The notes: generated by a model not told the origin, from the sequence alone. A DNA stretch of 64,000 nt from an uncultured Candidatus Saccharibacteria bacterium (GCA_964531475.1 CAZHCS010000001.1:14712-78711); one strand, 5' to 3'; shown: positions 24,700-33,798, counted from the stretch's first letter. A program made the numbers and translations.

Positions 24700-24762
24700 G
24701 TATTGTAAAGTTTTGGTTCGGCTGTACGATACGTGAACCCTTTGTGATTGTCAAACGTTAAG

Positions 24763-24783
24763 ACTAGAGGTCCGACCTCTAGT
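24763..24783. repeat. P3 palindrome ACTAGAGGTCCGACCTCTAGT (21 nt, odd-centred perfect), 2 nt downstream of the priA-like stop codon
   Basis: Shares the 13-nt core GAGGTCCGACCTC with the in-frame palindrome in mnmA (36192-36216). Confidence 0.75.
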
Positions 24784-24784
24784 C

Positions 24785-26524
24785 CTAGAGCATCTCCGGG
24801 TTGATCCGGATCTGCCAATCGGGGCCGAGAGAGGCGAGGATGCTCGAGAGATGCGGGTTTTGGAATAATTCGTTCCATTCATTCTTTGCGAGCTTCATGA
24901 CGATGACGGTTTCAAATGCCTTGCCGCGTTTGATTCGGCGTGGGAGCGGGGACCAGTCGGCGAGCATGGTGAGGAGTGGTGCAGCGACGCTTTCGAAATC
25001 GTCTTTTGGAGGGATACGCGACAAGCGGACGATCGTGCCAAATGGCGGATAGCTAAACTTTTCTCGCATGAGTTTTTCTGATTCGTAAAATTTTGCGAGG
25101 TCACCACTTGTCGCGGCAATGATGGCTGGCGTGCTTGGTTCGCGGGTTTGGAGAAATACATTATCGGATAGTTTTCCGATGGCCAGCGCGAGACGGAGCA
25201 TCTTTTCATACACACGAAATGACGGAAGCGAGAGAAGTGCGTCCATGGAAATGACGGCAGCGACATCGAGGCGTTTCTCGAGGTACGGCAACGCGAGTTC
25301 CGTACCGACGAGAATCGCATTATTCGACGCGTAAAACTTTTCGATGACCTCGCGGACTTTTTTGTCAGTTTTGACTGTGTCGCCGTCGATTTGAAAAATT
25401 TCTTTTTTCGGAAATAGTTTTTCTGCTTCTTGTGCCACTGTGTCCGTGCCGATACCGAGCGAATCGAAATTCCAACTGTCGCATATAGGGCAGCGTGTGC
25501 GAGTGTCTAGTACAGTGTTAGTGAGTGGGTTGATTAGTATACGCTGGCCGCCACGTTCACGAAGTGCGAGCGGTGTATCGCCGTCTTTTAATATGTGTCC
25601 GCAATCGTGACAGACGACAGAGCTCGCCAAGCCTTTTTTGAGCGAAAAGAGAAATGCGTGCTTTGATTCGCGAACAGCTTCGAACACTGCGCTTGAAAAG
25701 ATAAAACTTTTCTTATATCGCGCTTCCTTATCACTCATGTCGCAAGTATTCAAGGTCGAACCTTGAATACTTGGAATCGGGAGATATTGTTCGACGATCG
25801 TTTCGAGTGTCGTTGGATTTTCAAATATAAGTTTTGTGTTTAGGGATTTTGCAAGTAGTCGAGCAAAGACGCGCAGGTCGAAATAGGGACGCTTGATTGT
25901 GCGGTAGGCGGCGTTGCCTTCGTCGTGAATGATGATGGTGCCAAGATCGTGTCGTGGTGTGAAAAGAAAAGTTGGCGTCATAACGACGGTAATAGGATTT
26001 GTGCACTCTAATATTTCCTTGTAACGGGCGAAAAGAGTTTTCTTGCGCAAGCTTCCATGAATAATGAATGTTCTATCGAGGTCGAACTTCGATAGATTTT
26101 CATAAAGTTTTTCGGCGGCGCGGACGGTCGGCGCGATATGAAAGATAGTTGTGCCGACCGTCCGCGCCGCCGGTTTCGGCAACTCTTGGTGCTTGGTCAA
26201 GAACTCCGACGGAATAAAATAATTGATGATCTGGCCCAAGTTTCCAGCCGAAAAATCACGCGCGGCGCGGCACCCTTCGAAAAATTCTCTATAGAAGGGT
26301 GCCGCGCCGCGCTTCTCGCGCACTTTCCGTAATGCAAAATCAGAACCTTTGACATCTATCTTTCTTTTCGCCAAGTCGTCAACCGCGACTACTAGTGCAT
26401 CATAGGTTTTTTTTCGTATGTCTATAGACACGATATCGCCGACACTAATATCTTTGGACGAAAAATAGGTGAGCGAGTCTTTCGCGACTTTGTCGGTGAT
26501 TGGTGAGACTTCGATAAGCTTCAT
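24785..26524 (-). CDS. primosomal protein N' (PriA)-like, with degenerate helicase motifs
   Basis: The N-terminal 3'-DNA-binding-like region and the Cys-rich zinc-binding region (CHDCGH...CPICDSW) align to PriA. HIAPTVRAA stands where Walker A GxGKT should be, and IIIHDEG replaces DEEH. It carries an in-frame P2 insert. Confidence 0.55.
   Translation of the reverse strand: MKLIEVSPITDKVAKDSLTYFSSKDISVGDIVSIDIRKKTYDALVVAVDDLAKRKIDVKGSDFALRKVREKRGAAPFYREFFEGCRAARDFSAGNLGQIINYFIPSEFLTKHQELPKPAARTVGTTIFHIAPTVRAAEKLYENLSKFDLDRTFIIHGSLRKKTLFARYKEILECTNPITVVMTPTFLFTPRHDLGTIIIHDEGNAAYRTIKRPYFDLRVFARLLAKSLNTKLIFENPTTLETIVEQYLPIPSIQGSTLNTCDMSDKEARYKKSFIFSSAVFEAVRESKHAFLFSLKKGLASSVVCHDCGHILKDGDTPLALRERGGQRILINPLTNTVLDTRTRCPICDSWNFDSLGIGTDTVAQEAEKLFPKKEIFQIDGDTVKTDKKVREVIEKFYASNNAILVGTELALPYLEKRLDVAAVISMDALLSLPSFRVYEKMLRLALAIGKLSDNVFLQTREPSTPAIIAATSGDLAKFYESEKLMREKFSYPPFGTIVRLSRIPPKDDFESVAAPLLTMLADWSPLPRRIKRGKAFETVIVMKLAKNEWNELFQNPHLSSILASLGPDWQIRINPEML
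25745..25775 (-). repeat. P2 palindromic insert (copy 2), in-frame in the priA-like gene
   Basis: Identical 31 nt to 14541-14571. Encodes PSIQGSTLNT within ...EQYLPIPSIQGSTLNTCDMS... Confidence 0.85.
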
Positions 26525-26639
26525 CCCGTTAGAAGCAGGTCGCGGTCATTCCGCAAACTGCTTTGGTTAGAATTGTAATTTTTACTTGTTTTGCAATCAT
26601 AGATTTTATCGATATCCCGTGACCGCGGCTTCTAACGGG
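26525..26639 (-). repeat. leader element bounded by inverted repeats (U element, copy 2), abutting the priA-like start codon
   Basis: Arms CCCGTTAGAAGCAGGTCGCGGTCA and TGACCGCGGCTTCTAACGGG. The internal AT-rich part is about 60% similar to copy 1. Confidence 0.75.
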
Positions 26640-26676
26640 ATTCATAATGCCATTCTACCATTTCCAGCAAACAAAA

Positions 26677-26698
26677 AGCCCCGAGCGCGCTCGGGGCT
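26677..26698. terminator. perfect palindromic terminator
   Basis: AGCCCCGAGC-GC-GCTCGGGGCT, with a T-run on the minus strand. Confidence 0.65.
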
Positions 26699-26699
26699 T

Positions 26700-27197
26700 T
26701 CAGTACGTAGCAAGGACTTGTTGCACCATGACCCAACGATGCTCTTTGCGGTCACGTTGACCCTTGTTACAGGGGTAGAAATATGAGTGATAGGTGCAGT
26801 AAATCGGCATCTCCCATGTTTCATTCGGTGATCGGAATGCGAGGCAGCTTCGGTGGTTGGATTCTGTCGTAGGCTTAGCGAGATCGGCCATGCATATCAA
26901 GATCTTGTCGGCGATATCGAAATTGCGACTACTTATAACCGACGTAAAGAATCTGAATTGTTGCCTATCCACGGGTACCATGTTTAGAGCTGCAAGTTTG
27001 CTCGCGTAGTTGCCCGGTTCGAAGGTGCTGATACTTATCAGAAAAAGCGGTAGACGGGTCAAGCGCAAGGGCTCGACTTTCGTCTTGAAAATCGGCTCGG
27101 TTACGCGATCCATCTTTATTGGTTTTGCTTCATCTATACCACATTCCTTCCCAAAAAAGAACCGCCCGAGCCGGCGATTGTCAATAGTCGTGTACAA
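26700..27197 (-). CDS. hypothetical protein
   Basis: 165-aa ORF. The C-terminus is His/Cys/Tyr-rich (WEMPIYCTYHSYFYPCNKG). Confidence 0.4.
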   Translation of the reverse strand: MYTTIDNRRLGRFFFGKECGIDEAKPIKMDRVTEPIFKTKVEPLRLTRLPLFLISISTFEPGNYASKLAALNMVPVDRQQFRFFTSVISSRNFDIADKILICMADLAKPTTESNHRSCLAFRSPNETWEMPIYCTYHSYFYPCNKGQRDRKEHRWVMVQQVLATY

Positions 27198-27227
27198 ATT
27201 CCCAAAATGCTATACTCCGTTTATCTT

Positions 27228-28241
27228 ATGCAATTCTTCTCGAAAAAAATCGGCATTGATTTGGGGACGGCCAATATCCTGGTTTTCGTGCCTGGCAAAG
27301 GTGTTGTTTTGAACGAGCCGTCAGTTGTCGCCGTGAACGAACAGGACAATAGGATCGTCGCTATCGGCGAAGAGGCCAAGCAGATGATTGGCCGCACGCC
27401 CGACAACATCGTTGCATATCGACCAATGAAAGACGGCGTGATTGCCGACTATCGCGTGACCGAAGCCATGCTTAAATATTTTATCGGCAAAGCTTTGGGT
27501 AAATTTTCGCTCTGGAAGCCAGATGTTATGGTTTCGGTCCCAGCAGGAATCACTTCGACCGAGCGTCGCGCTGTCGTCGAGGCTACTATAAAAGCTGGTG
27601 CAAAGAATGCATATATCGTCAAAGAGCCGATTCTCGCCGCTATCGGCGCGGGCATTCCCATTTATCAGAGTCAGGGCCACATGATTGTCGATATCGGTGG
27701 AGGTACGACCGACGCGGCGGTGATTTCACTCGGCGGCATAGTCGCCTCGAACTCGGTCAAAGTCGCGGGGGATAAAATAGACGCAGCTATTGCTGACTAC
27801 ATTAAAAAAACATTCAACCTCGCTATCGGCGATCGCACGGCCGAACAGGTGAAAATGAAAATAGGAAGCGCGGTACCAATGGAAGAACCGCTCGTCGCCA
27901 CAATCAAAGGCCGCGATTTCGTACAGGGCTTGCCGCGCACGGCGCAGGTCACGACGAATGAGATCGTCAAAGCCATCGACAAAGAATTGCGTGCCATTGT
28001 CAAAGCTATCAAAGACGTCTTGCAAGAAACTCCGCCAGAACTCGCCTCTGATATTATTGATCACGGTATTATTCTAACTGGCGGATCGTCGATGCTGCGC
28101 AATTTGCCCGAGCTTATTTATCAGAAAACTGGTGTCAAAGCCCGCGTTGCTGACGAACCGCTCTACTGCGTCGTGCGGGGGACTGGTGTTGCGCTCGAAC
28201 ATTTGGACACGTACAAACGTTCTATCATTTCAAAACGCTGA
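27228..28241 (+). CDS. mreB: rod shape-determining protein MreB
   Basis: KKIGIDLGTANILVFVPGKGVVLNEPSVVA is an actin-like ATPase signature. Start taken at the second ATG (MQFFSKK). Confidence 0.9.
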   Translation: MQFFSKKIGIDLGTANILVFVPGKGVVLNEPSVVAVNEQDNRIVAIGEEAKQMIGRTPDNIVAYRPMKDGVIADYRVTEAMLKYFIGKALGKFSLWKPDVMVSVPAGITSTERRAVVEATIKAGAKNAYIVKEPILAAIGAGIPIYQSQGHMIVDIGGGTTDAAVISLGGIVASNSVKVAGDKIDAAIADYIKKTFNLAIGDRTAEQVKMKIGSAVPMEEPLVATIKGRDFVQGLPRTAQVTTNEIVKAIDKELRAIVKAIKDVLQETPPELASDIIDHGIILTGGSSMLRNLPELIYQKTGVKARVADEPLYCVVRGTGVALEHLDTYKRSIISKR

Positions 28242-28255
28242 TATACTATAAAGGT

Positions 28256-28921
28256 ATGATCGAAGCACTTGCAAACGGCATCAACCATCACGCCTACTTG
28301 CTTGAAGGCGATATCGAGCCGTCGTACGAGGCACTTTTGAAAACTCTTACCATGCTCGAAGTCGCGACGCTCGGCAATCCGGATCTCTTTATCAAAGACT
28401 ACGAAAACTTGCTCATCGACGACGTTCGCGAGATCAAAGACTTCGAAGCCGAATCTCCTTTTCACAAGCACGGACGCAAGATAGTTATTTTAAAGACGCG
28501 CATGTTTTCCTATCCGGCGCAGAATGCGCTTTTAAAAGTTTTCGAAGAGCCGCGTCCGGGCGTTGTATTTTTTCTAATACTGCCGGATTCGAGCAAACTG
28601 TTTCCGACTCTTCGTTCGCGCTTGTTCGCCGTGTCGGGACGCTTCGCTGCCGATGATCAGTTACGCGAAGACGCCCGGGCTTTCCTCGCGATGGACAAGA
28701 AGCAGCGACTCGAATTCATAAAAGTTTTTACTGATATGGAATCAAAACCGCTCCTCAAAGAAAAGTCGGTAAAGTTTTTAAATTTCCTCGAGAAAGAGAT
28801 TGCAAATGGTAAGGCAGGGGACAAGAAAAAAGCCGAAGAGCTCTATCTTGCCAAGAAATATGTCGGTGACCAGGGTTCAAGCCCAAAGATACTTTTGGAG
28901 CATGTTGCGGTGACGGTGTAG
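28256..28921 (+). CDS. holB: DNA polymerase III delta' subunit-like (HolB)
   Basis: An AAA+ clamp-loader fold is inferred. The QNALLKVFEEPRP motif matches the delta'/gamma-tau sensor motif. Confidence 0.6.
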   Translation: MIEALANGINHHAYLLEGDIEPSYEALLKTLTMLEVATLGNPDLFIKDYENLLIDDVREIKDFEAESPFHKHGRKIVILKTRMFSYPAQNALLKVFEEPRPGVVFFLILPDSSKLFPTLRSRLFAVSGRFAADDQLREDARAFLAMDKKQRLEFIKVFTDMESKPLLKEKSVKFLNFLEKEIANGKAGDKKKAEELYLAKKYVGDQGSSPKILLEHVAVTV

Positions 28922-28950
28922 GGCGCGTATTTCGGCATATTTTGGGGTAC

Positions 28951-28978
28951 TTGACAAGAATTTCAATCCGTGTATAAT
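28951..28978 (+). promoter_or_regulatory. consensus sigma70 promoter TTGACA-16-TATAAT
   Basis: -35 at 28951-28956 and -10 at 28973-28978. Confidence 0.55.
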
Positions 28979-29027
28979 ACTTCCGAAACTTCAGAGCAAT
29001 TCCGCCCTGGAGAAAAACCAAAGTTCC

Positions 29028-29543
29028 ATGAAAGTGAAAGCACTGCTGATCGCGGTGGCCCTCGCGGCTATCGCTCCGGTGTCGGCCTCGCCGCCGCCGG
29101 ATAATCCTGAACGCCATTTCTGCTTCGAAGACAAGTTGGACTACGCGATGATCAAGGACGACGCCAGCCCATTCGGCTTCCGCTACAGCACCATGCTGGT
29201 GGTCCTCGAGAACAAGTACAGCGCCGCAACGGCCGTGCTGTCCGCCCCGGACCCCGGGGTGCCGCCCGACGTCGGGTGGAACTGTTCCAGCGATATCATC
29301 TACAGCCAATCCGATTTCAACTTGAACCTCAACAGCAGTTGCCAAGCGGCCGTGATGTGGATGGACCCCGACGTGGGCATCAGCGCATCGCAGAAGTACG
29401 CCTTGGTTGAAGAAAGTGATCAGCAGTTCGGCCCGAGGTGCTCACATGAGAGCGCCGGCCTACCCAGTGCAAGCACCAGTGTGGTGGTGAGCGATGCGCC
29501 CTTGCAGGCGAACGTCGCGCCGCGACCGGTGTGGCGATGTTAG
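29028..29543 (+). CDS. secreted cysteine-containing protein (hypothetical), markedly GC-rich
   Basis: Signal peptide MKVKALLIAVALAAIAPVSA. Strong G/C at third codon positions, unlike neighbouring genes. Has its own promoter and terminator. Confidence 0.55.
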   Translation: MKVKALLIAVALAAIAPVSASPPPDNPERHFCFEDKLDYAMIKDDASPFGFRYSTMLVVLENKYSAATAVLSAPDPGVPPDVGWNCSSDIIYSQSDFNLNLNSSCQAAVMWMDPDVGISASQKYALVEESDQQFGPRCSHESAGLPSASTSVVVSDAPLQANVAPRPVWRC

Positions 29544-29641
29544 AGCGTCGCCGAAAAGCACGTGTCTGTAGCGCGATTTCCAAGACGAAACTACTAAGTT
29601 TCCAGAGCAAACACTTGGCAGTCAAGCGAAAGACATGTGGA

Positions 29642-29680
29642 GAGCCCCAGCATTCGTACGCTGGGGCTTTTTTCTTTTTT
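29642..29680 (+). terminator. intrinsic terminator
   Basis: GCCCCAGC-attcgtac-GCTGGGGC followed by TTTTTTCTTTTTT. Confidence 0.7.
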
Positions 29681-29709
29681 AAAAATTATTTTTCTGCTAC
29701 AATTACTCC

Positions 29710-30264
29710 ATGAGTTACAACTTTTCTGCTTTCAAAGACGCTGTTGTTAAGGCGCAAGAATGGCTTGCCAAAGAATACGCGAGCCTGCACACCGGCCAGG
29801 CGAGCCCAAACGTCTTGGACGGTATCTTTGTCGATTCTTACGGCACCAAGCAGCCGCTTCGTAACGTTGCGTCCATTTCCATCGAAGATCCAAAAACACT
29901 TCGCGTCGTACCGTGGGATAAGCAGCAGGTCAAAGAAATAGAAAAAGAAATCATTACCTCGGACCTCGGGCTTTCGGTCGCTGTTGATCAGACAGGCATG
30001 CGCGTTATCTTCCCAATGCTCACGACAGAAAACCGCGAGAAATTGGTAAAGATAGTCAAAGCAAAGCTTGAAGACGCGCGCGTGACTATTAAAAAAAATA
30101 GGGAAGACGTTGTTCGTGATATAGACCGCGCTGCGCGCGAAGGCGGCATGTCCGAAGACGAAAAACTGCGCGCCAAAGAAGAGCTACAGAAATTAGTTGA
30201 CGACGGCAACGCAAAACTTGAAGAGCTTTTCCGCGCCAAAGAGTCGGTGGTCATGGGCAAATAA
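29710..30264 (+). CDS. frr: ribosome recycling factor
   Basis: 184 aa. LRVVPWDKQQVKEIEKEI and IRDIDRAAREGGMSEDEK are typical of RRF. Confidence 0.9.
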   Translation: MSYNFSAFKDAVVKAQEWLAKEYASLHTGQASPNVLDGIFVDSYGTKQPLRNVASISIEDPKTLRVVPWDKQQVKEIEKEIITSDLGLSVAVDQTGMRVIFPMLTTENREKLVKIVKAKLEDARVTIKKNREDVVRDIDRAAREGGMSEDEKLRAKEELQKLVDDGNAKLEELFRAKESVVMGK

Positions 30265-30267
30265 TCT

Positions 30268-31359
30268 GTGTCGATTATCCTTTTCATTTTTATATTGGCC
30301 GTTCTTATTATCGTGCATGAGTACGGGCACTTTATTGTGGCTAAAAAGGGCGGTATTCGCGTCGACGAATTCGGACTCGGATTCGGCCCGCGGCTTGCTC
30401 GACTTTTTCGTAGAAAAGGAACTGACTTTACTTTGAACGCGCTTCCGTTTGGGGGCTTCGTCAAGATTTATGGCGAAAATCCCGACGACGTTGATCCAGA
30501 CAGTCTCGATCGCAAGCGTTCGCTTGCGGCCAAACCTAGGTGGCTTCAGGCGCTAGTGCTTTTTGCCGGACCTTTCATGAATTTTTTCTTCGCGTGGCTA
30601 GTCATTTTGGTGAGCCTGTGGATTGGACTACCGACAACGATTGGCGACAATATGGACAGTCGGTTCGTATATGAAGAGTCTTCTATAGTGACGCAAGTCA
30701 TGCCGGGTTCTCCAGCCGAAATTTCTGGCCTTCGTCCGGGAGACAAGATTTCGACAATAATTATTGATGACGCCGCACCTCTTGAACATGTCGACGCAAA
30801 AACTTTGCGCGAACTTGTCTTGGAAAATCCTGATGGGACATTTACTCTTACTATTGATAGTGAAATGCCAAAGACACACACACTCGTACCGACAGATATC
30901 GGCGGTGAAAAGCTTCTTGGCGTCGGCATTAATACTTTTGGTATATATAGACCAGGAATTTGGCGTGGCTTCGTCGAAAGTTTCCGATTCACCGGTATCA
31001 TGATCGCCGGCATTGCCGATGCGTTGCTTGATTTGGTTGTCGGGGCATTCCGCGGTACAGCTGATATTTCAAATCTATCTGGCCCGATAGGTATTGTAGG
31101 CATGGTTGGTGACGCCAGTCGCATGGGGCTAGTATATATATTGTCTTTTGTGGCGATAATTTCTATCAATTTGGGAGTTATAAATCTCATACCTTTTCCA
31201 GCGCTTGATGGGGGACGACTACTATTTTTACTTATCGAAAAAGTCATCGGCAGGCGACTAAATTCTGGCGTTGTAAACATGGTCAACGTTGTTGGTTTCG
31301 GGTTACTGATACTTCTTATGGTTTTTGTTAGTTATCAGGACGTCATGAGGCTTCTCTAG
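30268..31359 (+). CDS. rseP: RIP metalloprotease RseP (site-2 protease, M50)
   Basis: HEYGHF HExxH motif in TM1, a PDZ domain, and the LDGG motif near the C-terminus. Confidence 0.85.
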   Translation: MSIILFIFILAVLIIVHEYGHFIVAKKGGIRVDEFGLGFGPRLARLFRRKGTDFTLNALPFGGFVKIYGENPDDVDPDSLDRKRSLAAKPRWLQALVLFAGPFMNFFFAWLVILVSLWIGLPTTIGDNMDSRFVYEESSIVTQVMPGSPAEISGLRPGDKISTIIIDDAAPLEHVDAKTLRELVLENPDGTFTLTIDSEMPKTHTLVPTDIGGEKLLGVGINTFGIYRPGIWRGFVESFRFTGIMIAGIADALLDLVVGAFRGTADISNLSGPIGIVGMVGDASRMGLVYILSFVAIISINLGVINLIPFPALDGGRLLFLLIEKVIGRRLNSGVVNMVNVVGFGLLILLMVFVSYQDVMRLL

Positions 31360-31457
31360 GGCCACTTGACAACTATTTGACACTAAAATGGATTGATGAT
31401 AGTATGGGGCTACACATGACGGGCCTCCGGGCCTTATTTATCAAGTAATAGAGATAC

Positions 31458-32486
31458 ATGGCAATTATTTCATTCCGACCAAAACAGGTCAGCAAAAAAC
31501 TCCTATCCGTTCTCAAGGACAGGTCGTTCGACGTTATCGCCAACCGCTACGGTTTGACAGACGACAGCGAACGCAAGACGCTCGAGGCTATCGGCGGCAA
31601 ATACGGAATTACTCGCGAACGTGTTCGTCAGATCGAGAATGCGGCGCTTGCTTCCATTAGAAAGTCCAAAGAAATGGAAGAGTCGAAAGAGGTTTTCGAC
31701 GAACTTCGCACTGTCCTAAATGGTCTTGGCGTTGTTGTAGAAGAAGACGAACTTCTCTCTCATATTGCCAAGGACAAGGCTACTCAGAATCACGTGCATT
31801 TGTACCTTGTTTTGGGTGACGAATTCACAAAGCATAAAGAAGATGATGACTTCAGAGCACGATGGTCTCTTTCACACGACGTCGTGGATCGTGTTCACGA
31901 AGCACTTGAAAAACTCTACTCCTCTCTTGGTGACGACGAACTTGTGACCGAGACAAAAATCATCGAAAAGTTTTTGAGCCATGTCAAAGACTTGTCGGAA
32001 GAACAGCGCGATGAAGAGATAATCCGTCGCTGGCTTCGCTTGTCGAAAAATATCGGCAAGAACCCGCTTCACGAGTGGGGACGCGCCGATTCTAAAAACG
32101 TCAAAACGCGCGGCGTCAAGGACTACACGTACCTCGTCATGCGCAAGCACGGCGAACCGATGCACTTCCGTGAAGTCGCCGAAGCCATCACCAAAACTTT
32201 CAACCGAAAGACTTTGGCGGCCACTACGCATAACGAACTCATCAAGGACCCTCGTTTCGTTCTCGTTGGCCGAGGTCGCTACGCTTTGAAGGAATGGGGA
32301 TACAAGCCTGGAATTGTTCGTGAAGTTATTGCTTCGATCATCAAAGAAAATGGTCCGATGACCAAAGACGAGATCGTCGACGCAGTTTTGAAGGAACGAT
32401 TCTTGAAGCGAAACACCATCTTGGTCAACCTCCACAACGCAAAATATTTCAAGAAGACCAAAGACGGCAAATATACGAACGCGTAA
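31458..32486 (+). CDS. sigma-70 region-4-like HTH domain protein with an unknown C-terminal domain
   Basis: The N-terminal DVIANRYGLTDDSERKTLEAIGGKYGITRERVRQIENAALASIRK closely matches sigma70 region 4. There is no region 2. Confidence 0.5.
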   Translation: MAIISFRPKQVSKKLLSVLKDRSFDVIANRYGLTDDSERKTLEAIGGKYGITRERVRQIENAALASIRKSKEMEESKEVFDELRTVLNGLGVVVEEDELLSHIAKDKATQNHVHLYLVLGDEFTKHKEDDDFRARWSLSHDVVDRVHEALEKLYSSLGDDELVTETKIIEKFLSHVKDLSEEQRDEEIIRRWLRLSKNIGKNPLHEWGRADSKNVKTRGVKDYTYLVMRKHGEPMHFREVAEAITKTFNRKTLAATTHNELIKDPRFVLVGRGRYALKEWGYKPGIVREVIASIIKENGPMTKDEIVDAVLKERFLKRNTILVNLHNAKYFKKTKDGKYTNA

Positions 32487-32550
32487 AGAAACTCACAAAA
32501 GCCGCGCGCCGAAAGGCGCGCGGCTTTTGTCTTGATGCTATAATATTTCC

Positions 32551-33795
32551 ATGTTCCCAGGAATGGAGGCTATAACTTTGCCGACAGCCGAGATTATCGA
32601 GCGTTCACTCTCGCTCATTTTGTATTTGGCGCCATTACTTCTTATACCGCTTGGCTGGCGACTTTGGGTTGAGCATAGAAACGCGGACTGGATCTCGAAT
32701 ATAAAATGGATACTAATAGAAGTTAAAATCCCGCGTGATATTTACAAGTCGCCACAAGCCATGGAAATGGCACTTGGCAACGCACTTCTTCAGGGCGGCG
32801 GTGTCGGTGAGCGCTATAAGCGATATTGGGAGGGCAGGGTACTTTTTTGGTTTTCACTCGAAATTATTTCTACCGAAGGTGACATACATTTTTATATTCG
32901 TGCGCCAAAGCAGTTTAGGAACGTGATTGAGAGTCAGATTTACGCTCAGTATCCCGAAGCCGAAATAGGCGAGGTCGCTGACTACACGCTGCCAGTGCTC
33001 GCTTCTATGCGCGAAGAAGAGTGGGCTATGTGGGGCACCGAATTCAAGTGCACAAAAGAAGAGGCTTATCCTATCCGAACATATGCCGACTTCGGACTCG
33101 ACAAGCCTATATCCAAAGCCGAAGACGCAGCCGGATTAATCGATCCAATAACCCCACAGATTGAGTGGATGGGTACAATGAAGAAAGACGAGCATGTTTG
33201 GTTTCAAATCATCGTGCGCGCATCCAAAGACAGTTTTTCGACGGGTGGCTTGTTTCCGAAAAAAGTTGATTGGAAAACCCGTGCAAAAAATGTCATTAAA
33301 GAGATCCAGGAAAAATATGACTCAACAGACTCGATTGAGCTTTTGGGTAAGCGCCTGAAAATGTCCAAGACCGAGCAAGAAGCTATTGCGGCTATTGAGC
33401 GTAGTCTAAGTAAACCAGCTTTTGATATAGGAATGCGCGCCATATATTTGGCCAAGAAGCCAGCATTTCGTGGGGAAAATATCACAGGTCTTACCATGAT
33501 GTTGCGACAATACGGCTCTGGACATTTGAACAGTTTTGCGCCGACGCGCTCGACGGACTTTCCAAATCCATGGGATGACCCATCAGGAAAGAAAAAGCTC
33601 GAGCTAAAAAGGAACATGCTCCATGCGTACATCGACCGAGGCTGGTTTTATCCGCCGCACAAGCGTCCGCATTTTGTTTTGACATCAGAAGAGCTCGCTA
33701 CGGTATTTCATTTTCCTGGTCGTGTTTCGACTACGCCTACGTTCAAGAGAATCGAGTCAAAAAAATCCGAACCTCCAGTCAATTTGCCTGTCTAA
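32551..33795 (+). CDS. hypothetical membrane-associated protein
   Basis: 414 aa with an N-terminal hydrophobic segment and no recognised motif. The start codon is uncertain. Confidence 0.45.
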   Translation: MFPGMEAITLPTAEIIERSLSLILYLAPLLLIPLGWRLWVEHRNADWISNIKWILIEVKIPRDIYKSPQAMEMALGNALLQGGGVGERYKRYWEGRVLFWFSLEIISTEGDIHFYIRAPKQFRNVIESQIYAQYPEAEIGEVADYTLPVLASMREEEWAMWGTEFKCTKEEAYPIRTYADFGLDKPISKAEDAAGLIDPITPQIEWMGTMKKDEHVWFQIIVRASKDSFSTGGLFPKKVDWKTRAKNVIKEIQEKYDSTDSIELLGKRLKMSKTEQEAIAAIERSLSKPAFDIGMRAIYLAKKPAFRGENITGLTMMLRQYGSGHLNSFAPTRSTDFPNPWDDPSGKKKLELKRNMLHAYIDRGWFYPPHKRPHFVLTSEELATVFHFPGRVSTTPTFKRIESKKSEPPVNLPV

Positions 33796-33798
33796 ACC

